From an uncultured Actinomycetes bacterium (lineage in GTDB: Bacteria; Actinomycetota; Thermoleophilia; RBG-16-64-13), in assembly GCA_903873715.1 (NCBI GenBank), contig CAIQPS010000168.1, forward strand, positions 3,939 through 67,938: 64,000 bases of DNA, read 5' to 3'. The notes below the pieces were generated by a model. That model was not told the DNA's origin, made no database searches, and saw only the letters and a program-made list of their open reading frames with translations. The first letter of the stretch is position 1. Every line of letters begins with the position of its first letter. The translations under genes and the position numbers were made by a program. Positions 27,074-36,426 of the stretch are shown in pieces.

Positions 27074-28447
27074 CTACTTGGTGCCCCAGCAGGTGAGCGC
27101 CAGTTTCTCGGCCTCTTCCATGGTGACGGCCTTGAAGTTGGTGGCTTTGCCGCCCATGAGGGTGCAGTCCGCGTATTCCTGGATGAGGCACACGGTGCGG
27201 TCCGGAACGCCGGCGTCCGCGCGAGGCATCATCTTGGATTTGCCGTGCGGGCCGTCCCAGGCCAGGGCCGCGCCGAGGGCGTCCGCCATGGCGGTGGTGT
27301 CGGCCGAGCCGGCCTTCTCGAGGGCCGCTTTGAAAGCGTAGAAGGTGTCGATGTCGAAGCTCGGGTCGTCCCATTTGCCGTACTTTTTGGTGTACAGGTC
27401 GACGACTTCCTTGCACACCGGGTTCGGCGTGTCGGTGTCCCAGCTCATGAGACCGACGATCGTACCGTCGAGTTCGGTGAGCGGGATGGTGGTGTTGAGT
27501 TCGCCCAGGGAGACCTCAGCGGTGATGGTGACGAAGGCCTTGGAGCCGGCCGCCGCGAGGGCGCGGTACATCTGGCCGAACATGACCGGGGAACCACCGA
27601 TGATCACGCAGTCGCCGTTGATGGCGCTCGCCTTGGTGGCAACGGCGCTGAAGTCGGTGGTGCTGGCCGCGAAGGTCACGCTCTCGAACGTCTGGCCGAG
27701 GGCGGTGAGGGTGGCGGTGACGTCTTTCATCTGGTTCTGGCCGGGCGGGTCGTCCGGGAAGATGAGGACGTACTTGCTGATGGCAGAGCCCTTGTAGGTC
27801 GGCAGCCAGCCAAGGCGGACCGGAGCTTCGGTCGGGAGCTTGCTGGTGACGTAAGTGTACTTGTACTCGGGCTTGTAGACGTCCTTGAGCGGGGTACCCA
27901 CGCAGGCGAGGACCTTGGCGGCCTCGGTGACGGGAGCCCAGTTGGAGACGGTCTGGTCGCCGAAGATGACCGAGACTTTGTCCTGGCTGATGAGGCGCTC
28001 GACGGCCGAACGGGCGGTGTTCGGGTCCGACTTGGTGTCGTAGCTGATGAGTTCCATCTTGTAGGCGGTGTCGCCCACTTTGATGCCACCGTTGGCGTTG
28101 TAGCCCTCGACCACGGCTTCGAGCACCTTGCGGGTGTTGACCAGCGGCGGGATGGCGAAGTCGGTGAGGTTACCGATCTTGATGGTGGCCTCTTTGGTGG
28201 TGGCGGCGGCGGCCGTGGTGGTCGTCTCGCCGGCGGCAGCCGTGGTGGCCGTCGTGGCAGCCGTGGTCTCGGTCGCAGCCGCGGTGGTCGTGGTGGCTTC
28301 GCTGCTGCCGCAAGCGGCAAGCGCTCCGCCCAGGCCGCCGGCGACGGCTACGGTCGCGCCGGCCACACCTGCGAGTTTGAGGAACTGGCGGCGGCTGACG
28401 GTCCGCTCTTCCGCCTGTTCGGTGATCTTCGGATCCTGATCGCTCAC
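27074..28447 (-). CDS. Tat-signal lipoprotein, LivK-type (type I) periplasmic substrate-binding protein
   Basis: SRRQFLKLAG twin-arginine motif, lipobox LAAC, T/A-rich linker, then a ~370-aa binding-protein body. Confidence 0.85.
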   Translation of the reverse strand: MSDQDPKITEQAEERTVSRRQFLKLAGVAGATVAVAGGLGGALAACGSSEATTTTAAATETTAATTATTAAAGETTTTAAAATTKEATIKIGNLTDFAIPPLVNTRKVLEAVVEGYNANGGIKVGDTAYKMELISYDTKSDPNTARSAVERLISQDKVSVIFGDQTVSNWAPVTEAAKVLACVGTPLKDVYKPEYKYTYVTSKLPTEAPVRLGWLPTYKGSAISKYVLIFPDDPPGQNQMKDVTATLTALGQTFESVTFAASTTDFSAVATKASAINGDCVIIGGSPVMFGQMYRALAAAGSKAFVTITAEVSLGELNTTIPLTELDGTIVGLMSWDTDTPNPVCKEVVDLYTKKYGKWDDPSFDIDTFYAFKAALEKAGSADTTAMADALGAALAWDGPHGKSKMMPRADAGVPDRTVCLIQEYADCTLMGGKATNFKAVTMEEAEKLALTCWGTK

Positions 28448-28510
28448 TGAGAAACCCCCTCTGCTTCCTTTTCGATTCCCTGTGTGGTCGCTGTGGACTG
28501 GACGGTTTTC

Positions 28511-28530
28511 GATAGAGCGCTCGCTCTATC
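28511..28530. promoter_or_regulatory. inverted repeat in the leader of the ABC operon
   Basis: GATAGAGCG-CT-CGCTCTATC, with 9-bp arms. Confidence 0.35.
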
Positions 28531-28595
28531 TGAGACCGGAACTCCCTGGAAGTCGTTTGTCCCTGAGATCGCCCCCCTGCCCCAACGTGGTCGCC

Positions 28596-28624
28596 ATGCT
28601 ACAAGATGGCCTCCATCGTGTCAA
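28596..28624 (-). promoter_or_regulatory. sigma-70-like promoter for the ABC operon
   Basis: On the minus strand: TTGACA (28624-28619), 17-nt spacer, TAGCAT (28601-28596), with an A-rich tract upstream. This is the only markedly AT-rich patch nearby. Confidence 0.4.
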
Positions 28625-28675
28625 CATTTTTTAATGGAGTTACGTTCTGAATACTCCTAATTCTTTACCAATGAA

Positions 28676-29611
28676 TCAAAGAGCTGCCGGGATCCCCGTG
28701 ACCTTCTGCGCGGCCTCATGAAGCGCCGGCCCGAACTTGTCCATGTACGGCCTGAGATCCACCTCCCCGCTCACCGCGGCGATGATGGCGAAGAACAGGA
28801 ACAACTGGGCCCGCATCAACTCTTCGGCCGTGAACTTGTCGTCCCACGAGGCCCGCATGGTCGTGCTCCGGTACGCCCCGTACATGCTGTACACGAGCAG
28901 TTCCTCGCGCACGGGCAGCGGCGGGGAATCCGGCTTGCGAACCTTGGCAAAGTCCCGCAGCACGTTGATGGTGATGTCGTCCCACACCTCGGCGACATGC
29001 CGCGCCGTTTCCGGCGGAAGTGGGCTCTCGGTCCGGATGGCCTCGGTGAGGGCGCTGCTGAGGTGCGTCCATGTGCCGTTCACACCCAGCCCGCGCACCA
29101 CGTTCTCGCCGATCTCGGTCTCGTCCACCACGTCGGGCGCGAGAGGCAAGGGCACCGACGCCTTGAAACATTCCAGCAAAAGGTCGAATTTACTGGGAAA
29201 ATGACGGTAGAAGATGTGCGGGTTGATGCCCATCTTCTGGATGACCGTCATGACATGAGTGCCCCTGTATCCATTGGCCTCGAACTCCTGGCTCGCAGCC
29301 TCGATGATCGCGGCGCGCACCCGTTCCGTCTCCAGAAGCGCCAGATCCACGTCGTTCTGCCGGGCCTCCTCCAGCTCCGGCTCGAGAGCCTGTTTGATCT
29401 CCGGGAGCGAGTAGCCCCTGTGCTTCAGTTCGCCGATCTTCCAGAGAAGCTCCACGTGATGCTCGCCGAACAAAGACCGGCCCGTGGCCGTCTTCTGAGG
29501 TTCGGGGAGCAGACCCTGGCGGATGTAGAAGTAGATGGTCGTGCGCGGCACGCCCGTCCGCTTCTCGAGTGCAGAAGTTGTCAACGCCGCTGTGATTTCG
29601 TTCCCCCCCAT
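28676..29611 (-). CDS. transcriptional regulator with MerR-type HTH fused to a TetR-family module
   Basis: N-terminal LEKRTGVPRTTIYFYIRQGLLPEP...GYSLPEIK is MerR-like. Then comes AAIIEAASQEFEANGYRGTHVMTVIQKMGINPHIFYRHFPSKFDLL, a TetR_N HTH, followed by a helical ligand domain. Confidence 0.75.
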   Translation of the reverse strand: MGGNEITAALTTSALEKRTGVPRTTIYFYIRQGLLPEPQKTATGRSLFGEHHVELLWKIGELKHRGYSLPEIKQALEPELEEARQNDVDLALLETERVRAAIIEAASQEFEANGYRGTHVMTVIQKMGINPHIFYRHFPSKFDLLLECFKASVPLPLAPDVVDETEIGENVVRGLGVNGTWTHLSSALTEAIRTESPLPPETARHVAEVWDDITINVLRDFAKVRKPDSPPLPVREELLVYSMYGAYRSTTMRASWDDKFTAEELMRAQLFLFFAIIAAVSGEVDLRPYMDKFGPALHEAAQKVTGIPAAL

Positions 29612-29760
29612 GAGACCGGCTGTACCACGTCCGCAGGCACGGATGCCCAGGTGCTCGGGCCATCCTATACGAGGTCAGGCCTCGGGTCAACATTCTTTAT
29701 CGACATTCCGTAAGGTATAGTGGCGACGACCGATGGGCGACCACGAGCGAGGTGATCAGC

Positions 29761-30447
29761 ATGACTCTGGACACGAGCGCCGCTATCCTGCAGAGACGGG
29801 CCATCCGGAAGTACAAGCCCGAGCAGGTCCCGGACGACCTTCTCAAGGAGATACTGGCCGAGGCGCGCTGGGCCCCATCCGCCACGAACACCCAGTCGAC
29901 AGAGGTGTACGTCATCCAGGAAGGACCGCTGGCGAAGCTCAAGGCGGAACTGCGGCAGTACGCCGAGTCCGAAGTGGAGCCGAAGCCCGACTTCCCGCCC
30001 GCACCGGGGCTGCCTCCCGCCCTGGCCGCGCGCCAGCAGGCGCTGTTCCAGGCCCGCATGTCGTTCATCGCGGAAGAGGAAGCCAAGTTGGGCATCAAGC
30101 CCGCCGACCCACCGGTCTCCCCCATGGTCGCCGGGGCCGCGTTGTTCGGCGCTCCCACGGTGCTGGTGCTGGCGTTCGACCGCGGCGTCTCGGACCATTA
30201 CGGCTGCTACGACGGCGGCCTGTTCACCATGGCTCTATGCCTGGCCGCCGAGTCGCGCGGCTTGGGCACGTGCGTCACGACGAGCAACGTCCGCTATCCC
30301 GACATGCTGCGCAAACTCCTCCCCGGCTCGGAGAACCAGAAGATGCTGGCCCTCATAGCCATCGGCTATCCCGACCACGAGGCGCCCATCAACCGCTTCC
30401 CGCGGACGCGGATAGCCGTGGACGAGTTCGTGACGTTCGTGCGGTAG
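29761..30447 (+). CDS. nitroreductase family protein
   Basis: RRAIRKY...ARWAPSATNTQS signature. ATG 29761 has GAGGTG 7 nt upstream; the track start at 29752 is a GTG. Confidence 0.8.
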   Translation: MTLDTSAAILQRRAIRKYKPEQVPDDLLKEILAEARWAPSATNTQSTEVYVIQEGPLAKLKAELRQYAESEVEPKPDFPPAPGLPPALAARQQALFQARMSFIAEEEAKLGIKPADPPVSPMVAGAALFGAPTVLVLAFDRGVSDHYGCYDGGLFTMALCLAAESRGLGTCVTTSNVRYPDMLRKLLPGSENQKMLALIAIGYPDHEAPINRFPRTRIAVDEFVTFVR

Positions 30448-30474
30448 GAACCTTCCCGCATCATCGGGTGATGA

Positions 30475-30512
30475 GAAGGGCCCCGGAGAGACCTCCGGGG
30501 CCCTTCGTTCTT
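30475..30512 (+). terminator. strong hairpin between convergent genes
   Basis: 14-bp stem GAAGGGCCCCGGAG/CTCCGGGGCCCTTC with loop AGAC, followed by GTTCTT. Confidence 0.5.
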
Positions 30513-30553
30513 GCCGCCGAGTCGGGGCGCCGCGCCGGTGGGCCGCGCCGGTG

Positions 30554-32203
30554 CTACTTCGCCGGCTCGTACTCCTCCGGGATGTAGTTGTACATCCGGT
30601 CTCCGATGTCGTTCGGATCGTAGTGCTCCTTGATCTTCCGCTGGAAGATGAAGGTGAAGGGCTGCTTGGCCGCGGCCCACTTCTTGAAGGTGCGGTCGTC
30701 GGAGTGGCCCATCTCCAGGTACATGGCTTCCTTGCCCGGCGGGTAGCCGATGGAGAGCGCATCGGTGATGGCATCCTCCATGTGCTTGATGCCGGCGCGG
30801 GTGGAGGCTTCGTCGTTGGGGTCGTAGGAGACGAACTGTTCCAGACCCACGCCGCCGCCGCCCGGATACGAGCTGCCGGGGCCCATCATCGCGTCGCCGC
30901 CGCACTGCACCAGAAGGCCGTCCTTGGCATCGCGCGCCAGACCGGCCTGAGCCGTGGGGATGTAGCCTTTGACCCAGTCCGGGGTGCCTATCTGCATCCA
31001 GCTGCCGATGTAGCCACCTACCCACACGAAGTTGATGTGCTTGTGGCCCAGGCGCTGCAGGTAGACGTTGGTGAACTCGGCCATGTCCTTGTCGCAGAAG
31101 CGCTCGACCTTCCAGCAGCCGGTCTCGGCCAGGACGTCGTCGAGGATCTGGTCCTGCAACTCGATGTCGGCGACCGACCGGCCGGACAGCACTATCTGGA
31201 AGGAGATGCGCATCTCCTCGGTGAGTTCCGCTATCTCGGGGTCGGCCACCATGGCCGGGACGTCGCTGAGCTTCTTGGTGGGATCCGTGTACATGAGCCA
31301 GAAGGCGGGAGCCAGGTCGGCGCCGGCCAGGTTGAACTGGCGGTGGAAGATGAAGCCCAGCTCGTTGTCGTAGATCTTGTAGTAGAGGTCGGCCCAGCGG
31401 TCCCAGTCCGGCGCGGCCAGGGTGTAGGCGCGCTGGGTCTCGTCGACGGGCAGCCGGTACGCGGGGATGGTGCCGGTCACCGGCCAGTCGGTGCGGCCCG
31501 ACCAGTGCACCAGTTTGATGGCGCACCGGGTGAACACGCCCAGGCCGCCGCGCTGCCCGAGGGCGCCACGGATGACGCCGCGCACGGACGGGCCGGGGCC
31601 TTCCGAGTTGAACCAGCCGTCACCGGAGCCGAGCGAGCCGCTGCGGACGATCTCGCCCGCCGGGGTGATCCACTCCATGCCGAGCACGTTCTCGGCGTGC
31701 CCACCCATGTAGTAGGCGCCGGGCCCCATCCCCATGTACGCGCACGCCGCCGCCACCACCGAGCACGAGCACCCTGCCCCGATGATGTTGCAGGTCCAGC
31801 CGCGCTTGATGGCTTCCGCGTGCAGCTGCGCGTGGATGACGTACGGCTCCACGATGGCGATGCCGTTCTTCTCGTCGATCTCGATCTTGTTCATGCGCCG
31901 CATGTCGAGCTGCATGGTGTCTTTGTCGTCGTACATGGGCGCGGCCCAGTGGTACCAGCCCGTGCTGTGCGGCTTCACCTTGATCTTGTACTTGTTGGCC
32001 AGCTTGACGATGGCCTGGACTTCCTCGGTGGAACCGGGCATGACCACCGCCACCGGGCGGGGCATGAAGTGCGACAGCTCCGGGCGCACCAGTTCGGCCA
32101 GCCACTGGAAGGCGTAGGAATCCATGACCGCCGGGTTGCGGCTGACGTTCTCCTTGCCGACGATGGCCTCGAGAGCGGCATATGCTTCGTCAGAGATAGG
32201 CAT
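30554..32203 (-). CDS. FAD-binding oxidoreductase (PCMH / FAD_binding_4 type), long form
   Basis: N-terminal ...AVVMPGSTEEVQAIVKLANKYKIKVKPHSTG... is typical of the GlcD/VAO-type FAD domain; 549 aa. Confidence 0.75.
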   Translation of the reverse strand: MPISDEAYAALEAIVGKENVSRNPAVMDSYAFQWLAELVRPELSHFMPRPVAVVMPGSTEEVQAIVKLANKYKIKVKPHSTGWYHWAAPMYDDKDTMQLDMRRMNKIEIDEKNGIAIVEPYVIHAQLHAEAIKRGWTCNIIGAGCSCSVVAAACAYMGMGPGAYYMGGHAENVLGMEWITPAGEIVRSGSLGSGDGWFNSEGPGPSVRGVIRGALGQRGGLGVFTRCAIKLVHWSGRTDWPVTGTIPAYRLPVDETQRAYTLAAPDWDRWADLYYKIYDNELGFIFHRQFNLAGADLAPAFWLMYTDPTKKLSDVPAMVADPEIAELTEEMRISFQIVLSGRSVADIELQDQILDDVLAETGCWKVERFCDKDMAEFTNVYLQRLGHKHINFVWVGGYIGSWMQIGTPDWVKGYIPTAQAGLARDAKDGLLVQCGGDAMMGPGSSYPGGGGVGLEQFVSYDPNDEASTRAGIKHMEDAITDALSIGYPPGKEAMYLEMGHSDDRTFKKWAAAKQPFTFIFQRKIKEHYDPNDIGDRMYNYIPEEYEPAK

Positions 32204-32215
32204 GATCCCCCCTTC

Positions 32216-33535
32216 CTACAAAGACTGCTCGAGGAGCTCGAGCACGTCGTAGATCTTCAGGTCACCGGCCGGGGCGCCCTCCGCGGCCGCAGCCGCCACC
32301 GCCTCGGCGAAGTTCTTCTCGCAGCCGGAGCAGGCGCTCACCAGCGCTTCAGCCCCGGTGCTCTTGGCTTCCTCCACCCGCACGCCGGCGGTCCAGGCGT
32401 TGAACTCCGGATAAGCCTCACGCACGTTGCCGCCGGCACCACAGCACCAGGCAGCTTCGCGGCTGCGCTCCATCTCGATCAGTTCGATGCCGGGGATGGC
32501 CTTGAGGACGTCGCGCGGGGCGTCATAGACGCCGCCCGCGCCGTTGTAGCGCGGCCGCGGCGGGTCGTAGACCACCGCCTGGCCGTAGATCTTCACTTCC
32601 TTGCCGTCCCAGGCCTCGTAGTCCTCGCCCTGGCGGCCGAGGTGGCAGGGGTCGTGATAGGTGACGCTGAGTGACACGCGGCGCGCCGGTCTCAGCGCGC
32701 CGGCCTTGAGCAGCCGGTCGGCCATCTGGGTGGTATGGAGGATCTCCGGGACCTCGAGACCGGCCGCCGCCGCCACTTCCGGATAGAGCCGCTTGAACGT
32801 CCAGAAACAGGTGGCGCAGGGAGTAACGACCGTCTTGACGCCGGCCGCCGCCCACTTCTCCAGGTTGGCCTTGGCACCGGCCGCGAAGTCGTCGCGGTAG
32901 CCCATGTCGTAGGCCTTGCCGGTGCAGCATGCCTCGGCCGGGTCGACGGCGAAGTCGAGGCCGCCGGCCGTGAGGACCTTCGCCGCCGCCTGCACCTTGG
33001 AGCGCAGCGTGGGGTCGAACGAGTAGCGGCAGCCTGCGTGGAAGAGCACCGGCGCCGCGGCGCCAGCCGCGGCGCCGCCGGGGGCCAGTTCCTTGAGGCC
33101 CAGCCCCTCGGTCCAGCCGCGGCGGGCGGCCTGCGGCAGCCCGGCGAAGTTACCGGCCGACCGCAGGTTGCCGATCAGCTTCGGAAAAGCCGCCGGGACC
33201 TTGCCCTGCTCGTTCAGCGTCCGCCGGAACTCCTTGATGCCGGCCAGCGGCTCCATGTCGTAGCGGCAGACCTTGCAGGCCACGTCGCAGTTGCCGCACA
33301 GCTGGCATTTGAACGCGATGTCGACGACGTCGTCGTCCACCTCGCTCCGCCCCTGCATGAGCGACAGCATGGTGATGAGCCGCCCGCCCGCGGAATACGA
33401 GTGGAACTTGTTGTAGTCGACGCTGGGGCAGCCCTTCGCGTAGTCGTGGCTCTTCACCAGGTCGAAGGGGATCCATTTGCAGTACGAGCAGCGGGTGCAC
33501 CGCAGGGCGTCCGCTTTGAAGTCTTCGAGTGCCAT
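32216..33535 (-). CDS. (Fe-S)-binding protein with two CCG domains (GlcF/GlpC/HdrD-like)
   Basis: CTRCSYCKWIP and CQLCGNCDVACKVC ferredoxin-type motifs, plus Cys-rich CCG-type segments (PCATC, HDPCHL, WCCGAGG, ACSGC). ATG 33535 follows AAAGGAGGGAG. Confidence 0.8.
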   Translation of the reverse strand: MALEDFKADALRCTRCSYCKWIPFDLVKSHDYAKGCPSVDYNKFHSYSAGGRLITMLSLMQGRSEVDDDVVDIAFKCQLCGNCDVACKVCRYDMEPLAGIKEFRRTLNEQGKVPAAFPKLIGNLRSAGNFAGLPQAARRGWTEGLGLKELAPGGAAAGAAAPVLFHAGCRYSFDPTLRSKVQAAAKVLTAGGLDFAVDPAEACCTGKAYDMGYRDDFAAGAKANLEKWAAAGVKTVVTPCATCFWTFKRLYPEVAAAAGLEVPEILHTTQMADRLLKAGALRPARRVSLSVTYHDPCHLGRQGEDYEAWDGKEVKIYGQAVVYDPPRPRYNGAGGVYDAPRDVLKAIPGIELIEMERSREAAWCCGAGGNVREAYPEFNAWTAGVRVEEAKSTGAEALVSACSGCEKNFAEAVAAAAAEGAPAGDLKIYDVLELLEQSL

Positions 33536-33558
33536 GGTTCGGTCTCCCTCCTTTCGAC

Positions 33559-35028
33559 CTAGAAGCAGAGCTTGCTGGGGTTGAGGATGTTGTTCGGGTC
33601 GAGGATGGCCTTCACCGTGCGCAGCGCGTCCTTGGCGGCGGCGTCGCGGTTGTAGACCGGGTCGGCCCACTCGCCGTACGGCCGGGAGAAGTAGGCGCCC
33701 TCGGCCATCAACCGGGTGCTCGCGTCGCTGTAGAGCGCGCGGGTCCTGGCGGCGTCGGCCTTGTCATCGGCGGCGTACGGGAGGCTGAACTCCATGTGAT
33801 AGGACACGCCCTGGTGCTGCGGCTGCAGGTAGACGCCCACATCCGCCACCGGGTACTTGTGCGCCACCGCGGCGTCCACCATGGTGGCCAGGTAGCCGGG
33901 AGCGTTCTCGAGCACGGTGTGGAAGAAGATGTCGGCCACGGCGCCCTTGGCGCGCAGCTTCCAGTGCGGCTCGGGCGCCACACCCTCGAGCGCCGCCTCG
34001 ATGCGGCTCTTGGCCACGCCGGGTACCGCGTTCTGCAGCTTCAGGCCGCGCGCCGCCACCTCCGCCGCGATGTCCTGCTCGGCCACGGCCACGCGCTGTT
34101 CGGGACGAAGGGCGCGGCCGGCTATGCCGATGATGAGGGTCCACGCTGGGAGGGAGGCGCGGAGCGCGACAGCCTCCGCGCCGTCGGCGGCCACCAAGGC
34201 CGCCAGGTAGGTGCCGTTCACGATGAGGAGCTCGTCACCCACGCGCAGCCGGGTCAGGCGGTACGACAGGTCCACCAGGTCGTCGAGCGTGTCGGTGGTG
34301 ACGAACATGGTCTTCTTCGCGCCGGGTATGAGCTGCACCCGTACCGACGCCCAGGTGACGATGCCCAGAGTGCCCTGAGCGCCGGTCAGTAGCCGGAAGA
34401 AGTCCGTCTGAGCGGGGCCCTTGGGATCCGTCAACCTGCGGCCGGCGTTCCACTGCGCATCGATGTCGAGCACCGAGTTGCCCGACTCGCCGGTGGAGAA
34501 CCTGGTCCCGTCGCCCCAGACCACCCCCATGTTGCGGAGCGGCTCCGGAAGCGCGTAGTTCATGCGCGGGACGAGGGTGGGCTGCCGCTCGAGCAGACTC
34601 GCCACCACCGACTTGTCGGCCCGCGGCGCGAGCGGGGACACGAGCATGAGCCCCTCGGCGGCCAGCGCCGGCCGCAACTGCTCGTAGGTCACGCCCGGCT
34701 CGATGACGGCCATGCGGTCGCGCACGTCGATCTTGAGGACCCGGTTCATGCGGGACAGATCCACCATCACGGCGCCCGGCGCGCTGGGGACGGTGTCGCC
34801 GTAGAAGTGCGGAGCACCCGAACTCACCGGCACCAGCGGCGTACCGGTCTGGTTCGCCCACACCACCAGCGCCTGCACCTCGTCCTCGCTCCCCGGCCGC
34901 ACGACGGCCTTGGGCCTGATTGGCAGGACGAAGCTCTGATCGGCGGCGTACGACTCCAGGACAGCAGGGTCGTCGAAGACGTTGGCGTCCCCCACCACCC
35001 CGCTGAGCGCTTGTTTCAACCCTTCCAC
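33559..35028 (-). CDS. FAD-binding oxidoreductase, GlcD-like
   Basis: AVVRPGSEDEVQALVVWANQTGTPLVPVSSG FAD_binding_4 signature; 489 aa. Confidence 0.8.
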   Translation of the reverse strand: MEGLKQALSGVVGDANVFDDPAVLESYAADQSFVLPIRPKAVVRPGSEDEVQALVVWANQTGTPLVPVSSGAPHFYGDTVPSAPGAVMVDLSRMNRVLKIDVRDRMAVIEPGVTYEQLRPALAAEGLMLVSPLAPRADKSVVASLLERQPTLVPRMNYALPEPLRNMGVVWGDGTRFSTGESGNSVLDIDAQWNAGRRLTDPKGPAQTDFFRLLTGAQGTLGIVTWASVRVQLIPGAKKTMFVTTDTLDDLVDLSYRLTRLRVGDELLIVNGTYLAALVAADGAEAVALRASLPAWTLIIGIAGRALRPEQRVAVAEQDIAAEVAARGLKLQNAVPGVAKSRIEAALEGVAPEPHWKLRAKGAVADIFFHTVLENAPGYLATMVDAAVAHKYPVADVGVYLQPQHQGVSYHMEFSLPYAADDKADAARTRALYSDASTRLMAEGAYFSRPYGEWADPVYNRDAAAKDALRTVKAILDPNNILNPSKLCF

Positions 35029-35129
35029 GCGTTGGACCCCCTTAGGTTACTCAACGGTACGTAACGTGCGATTAGAATACTATAGTACCGGTACAAGTGC
35101 GAACGCGACCCTCAAGACGACGATGCGAG

Positions 35130-36368
35130 CTAGTTGACGGTCCAGGTCTCCGTGCGGGTGACCGGGAGGCCGCGCTTCCCACATTCCGCCACGAAGGCGT
35201 CACGCGCAGCGCGAGGCAACTCCTCCGGGCACACCAGGCCGGTCGCCCCGATGCGGTCCTCGACGATGAGTTCCGCGTAGATGGAGGCCGGCGTGCTGGT
35301 GCCGTAGGAGACGCTGGTGGCTCCCGGGATGCGCTCGTTCACCCATTTGATGTCGGGCGGGAAGATGGCGTACACGATCGACGCCGGCTTCCCGTTCTTC
35401 TCCCCTATGCAGTCCACCGTGACCACCCCGGTGTCGGTGATGGCGCCGGAGAGCGCGATCTTGGCCAGTTCGTCCATGGGCGGGTTGGGCGGCAGCGTGG
35501 CCACGAACACGTCGATGGGGCGGATCTGGGAGCCATCCTTGAGCGTCACCGGCACCTTGCTGGTCATCCCCGAGCCGACGAGGGCGAGGTCCGCGTCGAT
35601 GCCCTCCTCCGGGCCGCCCATCTTGAAGTCCACGTAGCGCAGGCCCTTGTCGCCCAACGCCTTGGGCAGCAGCCGCGGCAGCGTGCTCACTTCCTCGTGG
35701 TCGTGGCAGATGACCGCCCCTATCCCGAACGGGGCCGGGAACGAGTAGCGCTCCCGCCGTCCGAAGATCTCCACCCGTTTGAACTCGCCATCCTCGTAGA
35801 GGAGCGGCGGCTGCGCGCAGTCGGTGTAGTAGGTCTCCTGCGACCACACCTGGAGCGGCACCGGCGAATCGAAGATGGCGTAATCCTTGATGCGGATCTC
35901 GGAGCACCGGTCGAGGTCCTCGTAGCCGTTGGCGGCGAGGGTGTTCGTGAAGCCCGGGTCCATCCCGGTGCTGAGCAGCGCGAGCAGTCCTTTTTGCTCG
36001 AATTCTTTCGCCAAGGTCAGCTGCTCGAGGAACGCCTCGTCGATAGTCTTGGTGCGGGTCTGTCCGGACGCCATGTCCTGGTAGGCGGCGCCGGCCTGCA
36101 GGCAGGCGCGCATGATGGCCATGTTGAACTCGGGGATGACGGCGTTGACCACGAGCCCCGCGCCTACGGCGGCGGCCGCCACGGCGGCGGTATCACTCGC
36201 GTCGAGGAAGATCGGCCGCGTCTTGCCGCCGCCCACCTGGCCGGCCACGAGACGGGCGCGCGCCTCGTCGTAGTCGCCGAGGACGATCTCCGTGACCGCG
36301 GGGTTCTGCGCCAGATTCCAGGTGAGAACGTGCCCCTGCATCCCCGCGCCCACGATGACCACCTTCAT
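35130..36368 (-). CDS. saccharopine dehydrogenase family NAD(P)-binding protein
   Basis: MKVVIVGAGMQG Rossmann start behind GGAGGGG. The length and ...LLSTGMDPGFTN... segment fit Sacchrp_dh. Confidence 0.75.
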   Translation of the reverse strand: MKVVIVGAGMQGHVLTWNLAQNPAVTEIVLGDYDEARARLVAGQVGGGKTRPIFLDASDTAAVAAAAVGAGLVVNAVIPEFNMAIMRACLQAGAAYQDMASGQTRTKTIDEAFLEQLTLAKEFEQKGLLALLSTGMDPGFTNTLAANGYEDLDRCSEIRIKDYAIFDSPVPLQVWSQETYYTDCAQPPLLYEDGEFKRVEIFGRRERYSFPAPFGIGAVICHDHEEVSTLPRLLPKALGDKGLRYVDFKMGGPEEGIDADLALVGSGMTSKVPVTLKDGSQIRPIDVFVATLPPNPPMDELAKIALSGAITDTGVVTVDCIGEKNGKPASIVYAIFPPDIKWVNERIPGATSVSYGTSTPASIYAELIVEDRIGATGLVCPEELPRAARDAFVAECGKRGLPVTRTETWTVN

Positions 36369-36426
36369 GGTGCCCCTCCGTTCCGTCGAGATCGTAGTCC
36401 ACTGCCCGTCCAGCATAGCGATTCTC

